This document shows positions 45,366 through 54,674 of a stretch of 64,000 nt of DNA, one piece after another; positions within the stretch are counted from its first letter, which is position 1; each line of letters starts with the position of its first letter. The translations under genes were made by a program, and so were the position numbers. The notes under the pieces were generated by a model, which saw nothing but the letters and a program-made list of their open reading frames with translations, did no database searches and was not told where the DNA came from. Origin of the DNA: Verrucomicrobiota bacterium (GTDB lineage Bacteria > Verrucomicrobiota > Verrucomicrobiia > Chthoniobacterales > UBA10450); assembly GCA_003221195.1 (NCBI GenBank), contig QHQO01000018.1:3950-67949 (forward strand). Direction: 5' to 3'.

Positions 45366-46592
45366 TTGATTAACCAATCAATTGACGGTTTTCTTCATCC
45401 CAACGTGAGCAAGTGGGTCGACCAAATCTTCGTTTATACCAAGCATTGGCTGCTGACATGGCTGACCGCCGCACCTGGCTGGATTATCCAGACCGTGTCG
45501 AGTTTGATTAATATTTTCGCGCTACTCGGAGTATTTCTGACGCTGTTCGCGGTGATGTCGGTGTTGGAGCGAAAAATTCTCGGCCGGATACAAAATCGCT
45601 ATGGCCCTAACCGCGTTGGACCATTCGGGCTTTTGCAGCCAGTGGCTGACGGCATCAAAATGTTGATAAAGGAAGACATCGTGCCCGCGCGTGCTGACAA
45701 GCTTGTGCATTTCATGGCTCCGATTCTCATTGCTGCTGCAGCGATTCTTGCCCTTGGAGTGATCCCTTATGGCCGGAACATGACGCCGTTTACGATCGAT
45801 GGCGGAATCTTGTTTTTCTTTGCGGTTGGATCGACAACGGAGCTTGCGGTCTTCATGGCCGGATGGGGAAGCAATAACAAATTCTCGATGCTAGGAGCGA
45901 TGCGTGCCATTGCGCAAATGATCAGCTACGAACTGCCTCTTATTATTACCGTGCTCCCGGTGGTGATGGTGGTGGGCTCGCTTACACCCGACAGAATTGT
46001 TGCTGCGCAGGCTGAATACACATTTGGCTTCGTGCCACGCTGGTTCGTCTTCACCCCGTGGGGTACAACTGCGTTCATTTTATTTTTTGTATCCGGTCTT
46101 GTGGAATCGAATCGCACTCCATTCGATGTGCCCGAAGGTGAATCGGAAATTGTCGCCGGCCACATGACCGAATACTCCGGTTTCAAATACGCAACTTTCT
46201 TCATGGCGGAATACATCGGGATGTTCGCCATCACAGGGCTCGCCGCGACCTTGTTTCTCGGTGGCTGGCATTCGCCCGTTTCCGCCCTGGAATTTGTTCC
46301 GTCCTACGTTTGGTTTTTCGCGAAGCTGAGCGCGCTACTCTTTGTTTACATCTGGCTTCGCGGAACGTTGCCGCGCACGCGAATTGATCAGATCATGAAT
46401 TTTGCCTGGAAATTCATATTGCCAATGTCTTTTACCTGCGTCATCGCAGCGGCTGTCTGGCATTATGCAGGTCGCGGCTTGCGCGGTTGGCTTTGGTCGC
46501 TTGTGGTGATCGCGATCGTTTACACCGCGCTGTCGATGTTGCTCGACACGCAAAGAAAATTTGCGCCACGCGTTTACCGTTTCGCCGAATGA
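45366..46592 (+). CDS. nuoH: NADH-quinone oxidoreductase subunit H
   Basis: About 408 aa. Contains ERKILGRIQNRYGPNRVGPFGLLQPVADGIKMLIKED, TPFDVPEGESEIVAGHMTEYSG and RGTLPRTRIDQIM. Has N- and C-terminal extensions relative to E. coli NuoH. The start (TTG at 45366) is uncertain. Confidence 0.85.
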   Translation: MINQSIDGFLHPNVSKWVDQIFVYTKHWLLTWLTAAPGWIIQTVSSLINIFALLGVFLTLFAVMSVLERKILGRIQNRYGPNRVGPFGLLQPVADGIKMLIKEDIVPARADKLVHFMAPILIAAAAILALGVIPYGRNMTPFTIDGGILFFFAVGSTTELAVFMAGWGSNNKFSMLGAMRAIAQMISYELPLIITVLPVVMVVGSLTPDRIVAAQAEYTFGFVPRWFVFTPWGTTAFILFFVSGLVESNRTPFDVPEGESEIVAGHMTEYSGFKYATFFMAEYIGMFAITGLAATLFLGGWHSPVSALEFVPSYVWFFAKLSALLFVYIWLRGTLPRTRIDQIMNFAWKFILPMSFTCVIAAAVWHYAGRGLRGWLWSLVVIAIVYTALSMLLDTQRKFAPRVYRFAE

Positions 46593-47071
46593 GCAGCGCA
46601 GCAGTTGTCATTATTGCTATCCTGACACTGGCCGCTGCGCTGGCTGCTGCCACGCTGCAAAAGCTCATGCACGCTACGCTGAGTTTTGCTGTTGCGCTTG
46701 TCGGCGTGGCAGGACTCTTCTTTCTGCTGGGCGCGGAATTTGTCGGCCTGGTGCTGGTTTTCGTCTACATCGGTGCGGTTGCGGTACTAATTGTGTTTAC
46801 GATTCTTCTGACACGGCGTGACGTTGGAAAAGAGCGCGCCGCTAACTGGGGCGGCGCATTCCTGGCGGTTGCTGTCTTCGGCGGTTTGACGTGGGCAATT
46901 CTTAAGACCCAATCAGTTGCTGTTGTCGCCCCACATATCCGACTAGTGACTGTTAAACGAATTGGTGAAGCGTTGATGACTAGTTATGTCTGGCCATTGC
47001 AATGCGTGGGACTGCTTCTCACCGCTGCGTTGATCGGCGCACTTGTTCTCGTAATGGAGGAGAAGCCATGA
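46589..47071 (+). CDS. nuoJ: NADH-quinone oxidoreductase subunit J
   Basis: 160 aa from the ATG at 46589, which overlaps the nuoH stop (ATGA). Contains the typical LGAEFVGLVLVFVYIGAVAVLIVFTILL. No nuoI lies between H and J. Confidence 0.8.
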   Translation: MSSAAVVIIAILTLAAALAAATLQKLMHATLSFAVALVGVAGLFFLLGAEFVGLVLVFVYIGAVAVLIVFTILLTRRDVGKERAANWGGAFLAVAVFGGLTWAILKTQSVAVVAPHIRLVTVKRIGEALMTSYVWPLQCVGLLLTAALIGALVLVMEEKP

Positions 47072-47171
47072 AGAAGGTCAGAAGAATCACAAACGTTGCA
47101 ACGCCAAGTCTGTAAACTCGCAGAGTTTCTTTTTAACAATCTAACTCTTTTAGCTTTTGTAACGGTTAGCT

Positions 47172-47486
47172 ATGACCCCAACGCTTCAACTGTTTCTTGT
47201 TATCTCCGCGGCCCTGTTCAGTATAGGTCTCCTTGCGGCTCTGAGCCGTCGTCACGCCATCTTTATTCTGATTGGGATCGAGATGATGCTTGCCGCAGCA
47301 AACCTCAATTTCGTAGCGTTCTGGCGCTTTGGCCCGCAAACGCAGCCACCGATCGGTGTTATGATCGCGATTTTTTCAATCGCCATTGCCGCCGCTGAAG
47401 CCGCGGTCGGTCTTGCGCTGGTAATTGCCGTCTATCGACACTACCGCACAACAAACGTAGACCATCTGAACCAACTCAAAGGATGA
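47172..47486 (+). CDS. nuoK: NADH-quinone oxidoreductase subunit K
   Basis: 104 aa with three helices. Contains LIGIEMMLAAANLNFVAF and the AEAAVGLALVIAVYR signature. Confidence 0.9.
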   Translation: MTPTLQLFLVISAALFSIGLLAALSRRHAIFILIGIEMMLAAANLNFVAFWRFGPQTQPPIGVMIAIFSIAIAAAEAAVGLALVIAVYRHYRTTNVDHLNQLKG

Positions 47487-49480
47487 GTCGCTGGATCCTC
47501 GATCATCTCTGGTTGATCCCTGCGGTGCCGTTCGCGGTTTCGTTAGTGATCTTGAGCTTGCCGAATGGGCGGCACAAAAGCGCAGCTGTACTGGCGGTCG
47601 CTGGACAAATCGCCGCGCTCGTAATGTCGTTCTTCGCGTTCCTCCCGACTCTGGAAACCCCTGGATTCCGCTTCGTTCAGAATTTCACCTGGTTCACGTT
47701 CGGCGACCATGCGCTGCGTCTGGGATGGCTTGTGGATCCGCTCGCGGCCGTCATGCTGATGATGATCACGTTGGTCGGGCTTTGCATCTTCGTCTTCAGC
47801 ACTGGTTACATGGCCGGCGACAAAAATTTCGTCCGCTTTTTCGCTTATCTTTCGTTTTTCTCCGGTGCGATGCTCGGGCTCGTTATTTCGAACAGCTTGC
47901 TTCTTCTGTTCATCTGCTGGGAGTTGGTTGGACTGGCGTCCTATTTGCTCATTGGATTTTGGATGGGGCGACCAAGCGCCGCAGCGGCGGCAAAAAAAGC
48001 GTTCGTTACCACTCGCATCGGCGACCTGGGATTTTTCCTTGGCCTGCTCTGGCTTTACGGCCGCAGCGGCACGCTTCTCTTTTACGACGGTGGGGACGGT
48101 TGTCTGGAGAAGGCTGGTCTTACCATGCTCGGTGCGAGTGCCACGTTTATTGCGCTGCTCATTTTCTGCGGCGCAATGGGGAAGTCGGGACAATTCCCGC
48201 TGCACGTCTGGTTGCCGGATGCGATGGAAGGCCCGACTCCGGTCAGCGCATTGATCCATGCCGCAACGATGGTTGCGGCCGGCGTGTTTCTGGTCGCCCG
48301 CGCATATCCGATCTTCTCGTTAGGCGCGATCAACGGGGTGACCCCATCGCTTATGGTCGTCGTGTGGATTGGCGTGATTACGGCGTTAATGGCCGCGCTC
48401 ATTGCGATAGCGCAGGCCGACATCAAACGCATCCTCGCGTATTCGACTATTTCTCAACTCGGTTTGATGATGGTTTCGCTCGGCGTGGGCGGCGTCGCCG
48501 CCGGGATGATGCATCTGCTAGCCCACGGTTTTTTCAAGGCGCTGTTGTTTTTGGGCGCGGGCTCGGTCATTCACGGCTGCCACGGCGAACAGGACATTCG
48601 GAAAATGGGCGGCCTGCGCTGGCTCATGCCAATCACGTTTTCAACTTATGCAATTGGTATGATGACTCTGAGCGGTGTGCCGCTCTTCTTTTCCGGCGGC
48701 TGGACCAAGGAGGAAATCCAGCATGTGACCGCGCACTGGCCGGCTTCTCGCTTGCCCTACTATATTCTGCTGATCGGCGTCGTTCTTACCGCGCTCTACA
48801 TGACGCGGCAAATCATCTACGTCTTCTTCGGTGATCGGCGTGTTGCCTCTCAGCACGCCCATGAAAGCCCGCGAGTCATGACGATGCCGCTCATCGCACT
48901 CGCGATTTGCGCAATTTTGTTCAGTATCGTGCTAACGCCAGCATGGCCCTGGCTGCATGATTATCTAACGGGCACCGCCGCAGGCGTTGAGCTTGTGCGC
49001 CTGATTCAACCGACGCTTTTTCTTTCGCTCGTTCTTGTGGGCGCGGGCTTCGCTCTGGGCATCTGGATGTATCGCAAAGCCGGCGTGCAAGATCGACAGC
49101 GTCCCGCCGACACTGATCCGCTCGAATTGGCGCAATCCCAATTGTTTCGATTCCTCGAAAATAAAATGTGGATCGACGAACTTTATGCTCGCACGATCAT
49201 CGCGTTTAGCTGGATGAGCGCGCGTTTGTCCGACTGGATGGATCGTCATTTCTGGGATCGCCTAGTGCGCGGATTCGGCGGGATCGGTCAACTGCTCGGA
49301 ATTTTCACTGCCGGTATTGATGAGCGCGGCATCAATGCTGGAGTCGACGAGACCACTGTTGGCACCCGCGGTCTGGGCCGGCTGATCTCCGCTGCGCACT
49401 CGGGACAGATCCAAACATACCTAAGCGTCATCGCCATCGGTGCGCTGGCGCTATTGCTTTTCTACGCATGGTTGGCTTAA
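47483..49480 (+). CDS. nuoL: NADH-quinone oxidoreductase subunit L (long form, extended C-terminal lateral-helix region)
   Basis: 665 aa. ATGA overlap with nuoK. Contains WELVGLASYLLIGFW, KSGQFPLHVWLPDAMEGPTPVSALIHAATMV, and a C-terminal DELY...IDERGINAGVDE...TYL amphipathic segment followed by the last TM helix. Confidence 0.9.
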   Translation: MSRWILDHLWLIPAVPFAVSLVILSLPNGRHKSAAVLAVAGQIAALVMSFFAFLPTLETPGFRFVQNFTWFTFGDHALRLGWLVDPLAAVMLMMITLVGLCIFVFSTGYMAGDKNFVRFFAYLSFFSGAMLGLVISNSLLLLFICWELVGLASYLLIGFWMGRPSAAAAAKKAFVTTRIGDLGFFLGLLWLYGRSGTLLFYDGGDGCLEKAGLTMLGASATFIALLIFCGAMGKSGQFPLHVWLPDAMEGPTPVSALIHAATMVAAGVFLVARAYPIFSLGAINGVTPSLMVVVWIGVITALMAALIAIAQADIKRILAYSTISQLGLMMVSLGVGGVAAGMMHLLAHGFFKALLFLGAGSVIHGCHGEQDIRKMGGLRWLMPITFSTYAIGMMTLSGVPLFFSGGWTKEEIQHVTAHWPASRLPYYILLIGVVLTALYMTRQIIYVFFGDRRVASQHAHESPRVMTMPLIALAICAILFSIVLTPAWPWLHDYLTGTAAGVELVRLIQPTLFLSLVLVGAGFALGIWMYRKAGVQDRQRPADTDPLELAQSQLFRFLENKMWIDELYARTIIAFSWMSARLSDWMDRHFWDRLVRGFGGIGQLLGIFTAGIDERGINAGVDETTVGTRGLGRLISAAHSGQIQTYLSVIAIGALALLLFYAWLA

Positions 49481-50940
49481 TCAGCGCGCTCATCATGGTT
49501 CCGCTGGTGGGCGCGCTTGCGCTCTTTACAGCCCCCGCGAGAAATGCGCGTCCGATCGCATTGTCGTTTAACGCACTGGCTGCGCTTGACGCATTGGTGT
49601 TGTGGCAGCACTTCGATATTCGGGCGGCCGGCCTTCAATTGGTCGAACAGCACACATGGATTCCCGCAATTGGAGCCGAATACTTAGTCGGGATCGACGG
49701 TTTGAGCCTGCTCCTTGTGTTACTTACCTCGCTCATCATTCCATTCGCATTTCTCGCGCAAAAAATGGATCGCGGCTTTTGCGCGCTGATGTTGATCATG
49801 CAATCTGCGCTCTACGGCACGTTCACGGCGCAGAATTTTGTGCTCTGGTTTCTGTTCTACGAAATGAGTCTGATACCCGCGTTCCTGCTCATCAAAATCT
49901 GGGGAGGAGAAAATCGCGACCGCGCCGCAACGAAGTTTTTCCTCTACACGTTTCTTGGAAGCGTGGCAATGCTGCTGGGATTTCTCGGAATTTATCTAGC
50001 CCGGGGCTCGTTCGATTTTGTCACGCTTGCCCGTCTGGGTAAGAACGGATTACTTACGGGTAATCTCGCCTGGCTTGCTTTTGCCGGAATCTTCCTTGGA
50101 CTCGCGGTCAAAGTGCCGCTGTTTCCATTTCACACCTGGCTGCCCGACGCGTATGAGAGCGCGCCGACCGGAGTCGCGATGGTGCTGACCGGGGCGCTCT
50201 CGAAAATGGGCGTTTACGGTTTCGTACGCCTGTTGCTTCCGCTTTTTCCAAATGAAACCAGAATCATCGGACCCTGGCTGCTAGCGCTCGCGATCTGCTC
50301 GATTGTATTCGCTCCACTGGCAGCGTGGGCCCAGTCCGATTTGAAAAGAATGGTCGCCTACTTGTCAGTCAACCACCTCGGTTACTGCATGCTCGGTTTG
50401 TTCGCGGTCGCTGCCTCGCCCATTGGTGCTGCGATCGACACGCAAGCGGCGTTGAGCGGTGTGTTCATGCAGATCTTCAATCACGGGATCACTGCGGCCG
50501 CATTGTTTTACCTGGTCGGTCTGCTTGAGCAGCGTCGCGGATTGCGTGGCATTGGTGACTTCGGAGGATTGATGCAGAGGACGCCTCTCCTCTGTGGCTG
50601 GATGAGCGTGGCTATGTTTTCGTCATTGGGTTTGCCGGGGCTAAACGGTTTTATTGGCGAGTTTTTGATCTTCAAAGGTTCGTTTGCCATTGCCGCATCC
50701 TTCACGACTCTTGCGGTGATTGGCCTGCTTGTTACAGCGATCGTTTTCATGCGCGCGATGCAAGCTCTCTTCAGTGGGCCGCTGGCAGAGAATTGCAGCG
50801 CCTTTCCGGATCTCTTGCCGAGGGAAAAGGTCACGATCATTCCGGTCACGCTGCTCATGTTCGCCATTGGCGTCGCACCACAGTTCGCATTCAACATTTT
50901 CAACACAACCGTCGTTCAAATGGCGCAATTGTTCGGCTGA
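49468..50940 (+). CDS. nuoM: NADH-quinone oxidoreductase subunit M
   Basis: 490 aa. Contains FLFYEMSLIPAFLLIKIWGGENRDRAATKFFLYTFLGS and KVPLFPFHTWLPDAYESAPT. Overlaps the nuoL end by 13 nt. Confidence 0.9.
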   Translation: MVGLISALIMVPLVGALALFTAPARNARPIALSFNALAALDALVLWQHFDIRAAGLQLVEQHTWIPAIGAEYLVGIDGLSLLLVLLTSLIIPFAFLAQKMDRGFCALMLIMQSALYGTFTAQNFVLWFLFYEMSLIPAFLLIKIWGGENRDRAATKFFLYTFLGSVAMLLGFLGIYLARGSFDFVTLARLGKNGLLTGNLAWLAFAGIFLGLAVKVPLFPFHTWLPDAYESAPTGVAMVLTGALSKMGVYGFVRLLLPLFPNETRIIGPWLLALAICSIVFAPLAAWAQSDLKRMVAYLSVNHLGYCMLGLFAVAASPIGAAIDTQAALSGVFMQIFNHGITAAALFYLVGLLEQRRGLRGIGDFGGLMQRTPLLCGWMSVAMFSSLGLPGLNGFIGEFLIFKGSFAIAASFTTLAVIGLLVTAIVFMRAMQALFSGPLAENCSAFPDLLPREKVTIIPVTLLMFAIGVAPQFAFNIFNTTVVQMAQLFG

Positions 50941-50951
50941 GGTCATCGCGA

Positions 50952-51572
50952 ATGACGCATGAAATCATTCCAGTTGAGCAAGTCGCGCGACGAATTCTCT
51001 ATTTTCGCGGCGAGAAGGTCCTTCTCGATTTTGATCTGGCTGTTTTATATGGTGTTGGAGTCAAAGTTCTGAACCAAGCGGTAAAGCGTAACCGCGAGCG
51101 GTTTCCGGATGATTTCATGTTTCAACTTACCGGCGAGGAGACGCAGCTGTTGCGGTCGCAACTTTTAAAATCGAGCAATCGGCAAGTTGCTGAAAATGGG
51201 GGTCCTGGAACGAACTGGTCACAAATTGTGACCAGTTCGCAGAAATATCGCGGAACAAAGTATCGGCCCTATGCCTTCACCGAGGAAGGCGTTGCCATGT
51301 TGTCAAGCGTATTGAAGAGCAAGCGCGCGTTGAAAGTAAACATCGCCATCATGCGCGCGTTCGTGAAGCTCCGGCAGACTCTCGATGCGAACCGCCAACT
51401 CGCGCAAAAGTTCTCAGAGCTCGAAGAGCGCGTTGGGAAACATGATGATGAAATCGCTGCAATTCTTGAAGCAATCCGGCAGTTGATGACTCCGCCGGAG
51501 AGACCACGCCGCGAAATCGGGTTTCATGTGCGCGAGAAGGCCCCGGTCTATCGGGCGCGTAAACGCGCATGA
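50952..51572 (+). CDS. ORF6N (KilA-N-like) DNA-binding-domain protein embedded in the nuo operon
   Basis: 206 aa from the ATG at 50952. The sequence ILYFRGEKVLLDFDLAVLYGVGVKVLNQAVKRNRERFPDDFMFQLTGEE...YRPYAFTEEGVAMLSSVLKSKRALKVNIAIMRAFVKLRQ matches my recollection of the ORF6N family consensus almost block for block. A coiled-coil-like C-terminus follows. Confidence 0.8.
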   Translation: MTHEIIPVEQVARRILYFRGEKVLLDFDLAVLYGVGVKVLNQAVKRNRERFPDDFMFQLTGEETQLLRSQLLKSSNRQVAENGGPGTNWSQIVTSSQKYRGTKYRPYAFTEEGVAMLSSVLKSKRALKVNIAIMRAFVKLRQTLDANRQLAQKFSELEERVGKHDDEIAAILEAIRQLMTPPERPRREIGFHVREKAPVYRARKRA

Positions 51573-53035
51573 TCGCCTGGACGATTTACATCACGTTCGC
51601 AGGCGCAGTGCTGCTGCTCCTTTTCCCAGGCGTTTTTGCGCGCTGGATAACGCTGCTTACGACGATCGCCGGGCTGGCCTTGGGAGTCGTTGCATTTGTT
51701 CGCACACCAATTGCGGATCTTGCGCACTTCACAACGATCGTAAAGGTGCCGTGGGTGCCACCGCTTGGCATGAATTACCATCTCGCTATTGATGGCGTGA
51801 GCCTCACGATGGTTCTGGTTACGGGCATCTCCGCCGTAAGCACCGTGTTGTTTTCATGGGATGTCGATCATCGCCAGCGCGAATTTTTCTTCTGGTTGCT
51901 TCTTGTTGTGGCTGGTTGCTACGGCGTTTTCCTTAGCGCCGATCTGTTCTTGTTCTTCGCGTTCTACGAACTGGTCATCGTGCCGAAGTATTTTCTCATC
52001 GCCATCTTCGGATCGACCAACAAGGAGTACGGCGCGATGAAGCTGACACTGTACTCGTTCTTCGGTGGAATGCTCGTTTTCGCCGGAATCCTCGTCGTCT
52101 ATGTGACAGCCGGCTCCCTGGATCTGAATCAACTGGCGCAATTCCACTTCAATCCTCAGTTGCAATCATGGGCCTTTCCTGTGCTGTTCCTCGGCTTCGC
52201 TGTGCTTGCCGGCATCTGGCCATTGCATACCTGGGCTCCGACAGGCCACGTCGCGGCGCCCACTGCAGGGTCGATGTTGCTTGCCGGCATCGTGATGAAA
52301 CTGGGCTCCTATGCGGGACTGCGCGTCGCGATGAACGTCTTTCCAGAAGGATTCCAGATATGGAGCAAATGGATCGCTGCCCTGGCCGTGATCGGAATTG
52401 TTTACGCGGCGGCGGTGGCTTTGCGCCAACGTGATCTGAAATTCGTTATTGGTTATTCGAGCGTGAGCCATATGGGTTTCGTGTTGGTTGGTCTGGCTAC
52501 GGCAAACGCGCTCGGTGTCTCTGGAGCAGTGCTGCAAATGTTTTCCCACGGAGTGATCGCCGCACTGCTCTTCGCCGTTGCGGGGCGAATGCTCTATCGA
52601 CGCACTCATACCCGCGAGCTGGATGCGTTAGCTGGAATGAATCTCAGCGGCGCTTTGCCGTTCGCTGCGTTCACGTTCGTAATCGCTTCTGCCGCGTCGA
52701 TGGGAATCCCAGGTTTCAGCGGATTCGCAGCGGAAATTACGATTCTGATTGGCGCATGGAAAACCTACCCAATCGCGGTTTGGATTATCGGCGTCGGCAT
52801 GGTTCTGACAGCGGCTTTCACGCTGCGCGCGCTCGTGAAATCATTTTTCAGTGAGGTGCGCGTCCAGGCCGGCCGTGTTCGTACAGACACCGACTGGAAC
52901 GAACAATCGATCACGCTTGCCGAAAAGTGCGGCGCTTGTTTGCTCATGTTCGCCACACTTGCGGTCGGACTTTATCCCAAACTCCTACTCGATCGTATCA
53001 TGCCCGCAGTGGAAGCGATGAGATTCTTAAAATGA
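51569..53035 (+). CDS. nuoM: Second NuoM-type (ND4-like) antiporter subunit
   Basis: 488 aa. The ATG overlaps the ORF6N stop (ATGA). Contains FAFYELVIVPKYFLIAIFGSTNKEYGAMKLTLYSFFGG, WPLHTWAPTGHVAAPTAGSMLLAG and IGYSSVSHMGFV. It is closer to the NuoM pattern than to the NuoN pattern. Confidence 0.8.
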   Translation: MIAWTIYITFAGAVLLLLFPGVFARWITLLTTIAGLALGVVAFVRTPIADLAHFTTIVKVPWVPPLGMNYHLAIDGVSLTMVLVTGISAVSTVLFSWDVDHRQREFFFWLLLVVAGCYGVFLSADLFLFFAFYELVIVPKYFLIAIFGSTNKEYGAMKLTLYSFFGGMLVFAGILVVYVTAGSLDLNQLAQFHFNPQLQSWAFPVLFLGFAVLAGIWPLHTWAPTGHVAAPTAGSMLLAGIVMKLGSYAGLRVAMNVFPEGFQIWSKWIAALAVIGIVYAAAVALRQRDLKFVIGYSSVSHMGFVLVGLATANALGVSGAVLQMFSHGVIAALLFAVAGRMLYRRTHTRELDALAGMNLSGALPFAAFTFVIASAASMGIPGFSGFAAEITILIGAWKTYPIAVWIIGVGMVLTAAFTLRALVKSFFSEVRVQAGRVRTDTDWNEQSITLAEKCGACLLMFATLAVGLYPKLLLDRIMPAVEAMRFLK

Positions 53036-54582
53036 GATCCCCGGCTTCAACGATGTCGTATCTGGAACTGCTCAAGCTTGCGTTGCCTGAAGTCATTGTC
53101 GTGATTAGTGCCCTCGTCGTGCTCGCGATTGGGCTTACAGGCAGGCAACGCACTGCCGTGGCAGGCGTGTCGTCTGCAAAACCGCCAACCAAGGCGGCTG
53201 GCACGGCCGCCGCCGCTACCGACTGGTGCTCGTTGGCTGCCGCTCTCGGGGTTGGCATCGCAATTGCCGCAGTGCTCATGTTACCGCGCAATGCGAGCCT
53301 TTTCAGCGGGATGCTTGTGATCACACCCCTCACGTCCCTTTTCAAAATCATTTGCCTCGTGCTCGCTTTTTTCACGGTGTGTCTGGCGCGATCTGAAAAA
53401 TCTCTGCGTCATCCGGGCGAATACCTGACAATTATTCTTTTGGCGACGGTCGGTCTCATGCTGCTCGTTGGCAGCGAAGAGTTGCTCATGATTTTCATTG
53501 GGCTCGAACTGCTGGGCCTTTCCCTTTACGTGATGGCTGCGTTCGACAAGACCGATGTGCGATCTGCGGAAGCAGGTCTGAAATACTTTCTCTTCGGCAG
53601 CACCTCCAGCGCGTTTACGCTTTTCGGAATCAGCTTGATCTACGGCATGTCGGGGAGCACCGGTCTCGCCGCGATCTCTGAGAAATTAGTGGCGGCGCCG
53701 GCGCAACCTTTGCTTGCGACGGGCATCATCATGACGCTCATCGGCTTCGCGTTCAAAATCGCTGCTGCACCGTTTCACTTGTGGGCGCCTGATGCGTATC
53801 AAGGAGCACCCATTCCGAGTGCAGCGTTTATTGCCTCGGGATCAAAAGTTGCTTCTTTCGTCGTGCTTGGAAAGATCGTGCTGGTGGGCTTTGGCCCGGT
53901 GCATGGCAGTTCGGCATGGCACGCGATGGCTGCAGGTTGGTCGCCAATTCTCGCCGCGCTCGCTGCTTTGTCGATTCTGATTGGCAACCTCGTCGCACTG
54001 GCACAGACGAATGTTCGGCGGCTCCTCGCATACTCCGCCGTCGCCCACGCTGGCTATACGCTGCTTGGACTTGTCGCCGGAGGACGGGACGGATTTTCGG
54101 CGACGCTCTTCTACGCGACTGTTTACGCGATCACGCTCGTTGGTGCGTTTGGAGTCGTCGCAGTCGTGCGCAGCGAAACTGGTGGCGACGATGTTAAGAA
54201 TTTTTCCGGACTTGCCGCGCGGGCGCCGCTGTTAGCCGGGTGCATGGCTATTTTCATGTTTTCTCTGGCAGGTATCCCGCCGTTGGCCGGATTTTTCGGG
54301 AAGTTTTACCTGTTCAGCGCTGCGCTGCGCGCCGGTGGAGATCACGGCTTGCTCTGGCTGGTTGGGCTGGCGCTCTTCGGCAGTTTTGTCTCGCTCTATT
54401 ACTACCTGATTGTGCTCAAAGCGATTTTTGTCGACCAGCCTTCGGCTTCAGCTCCACCGCGCGATCACGTGTCGTCGGATTTGCTTCAGCGAAGGGCAGT
54501 CGCTGCGCTTGCTGGGATCGTTCTCCTTCTCGGTATAATGCCAGACATCCTGGCGGCGCGAATTCTTGCGGCTATGTCCTAA
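53032..54582 (+). CDS. nuoN: NADH-quinone oxidoreductase subunit N
   Basis: 516 aa from the ATG at 53032 (ATGA overlap with the preceding gene). Contains FIGLELLGLSLYVMAAF, SAEAGLKYFLFGSTSSAFTLFGISLIYG and APFHLWAPDAYQGAP. Confidence 0.85.
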   Translation: MRSPASTMSYLELLKLALPEVIVVISALVVLAIGLTGRQRTAVAGVSSAKPPTKAAGTAAAATDWCSLAAALGVGIAIAAVLMLPRNASLFSGMLVITPLTSLFKIICLVLAFFTVCLARSEKSLRHPGEYLTIILLATVGLMLLVGSEELLMIFIGLELLGLSLYVMAAFDKTDVRSAEAGLKYFLFGSTSSAFTLFGISLIYGMSGSTGLAAISEKLVAAPAQPLLATGIIMTLIGFAFKIAAAPFHLWAPDAYQGAPIPSAAFIASGSKVASFVVLGKIVLVGFGPVHGSSAWHAMAAGWSPILAALAALSILIGNLVALAQTNVRRLLAYSAVAHAGYTLLGLVAGGRDGFSATLFYATVYAITLVGAFGVVAVVRSETGGDDVKNFSGLAARAPLLAGCMAIFMFSLAGIPPLAGFFGKFYLFSAALRAGGDHGLLWLVGLALFGSFVSLYYYLIVLKAIFVDQPSASAPPRDHVSSDLLQRRAVAALAGIVLLLGIMPDILAARILAAMS

Positions 54583-54674
54583 GAGGTTTCAGTAAAAAAG
54601 TGTGACTAACGGTTGACTAACGCGGTATAAGTTTTGCATCAAATCGAGAAGCACAGACCGGAAGAGTTGATGAA

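Noticed and set aside
47543-48834. Long alternative-frame ORFs inside nuoL (47543..48259 minus, 238 aa; 47725..48834 plus, 369 aa)
   Set aside because: Their translations are Arg/Gly/Pro/His-rich low-complexity sequences with no motifs. The nuoL frame carries unmistakable antiporter signatures. They are typical shadow ORFs of a GC-biased membrane-protein gene.
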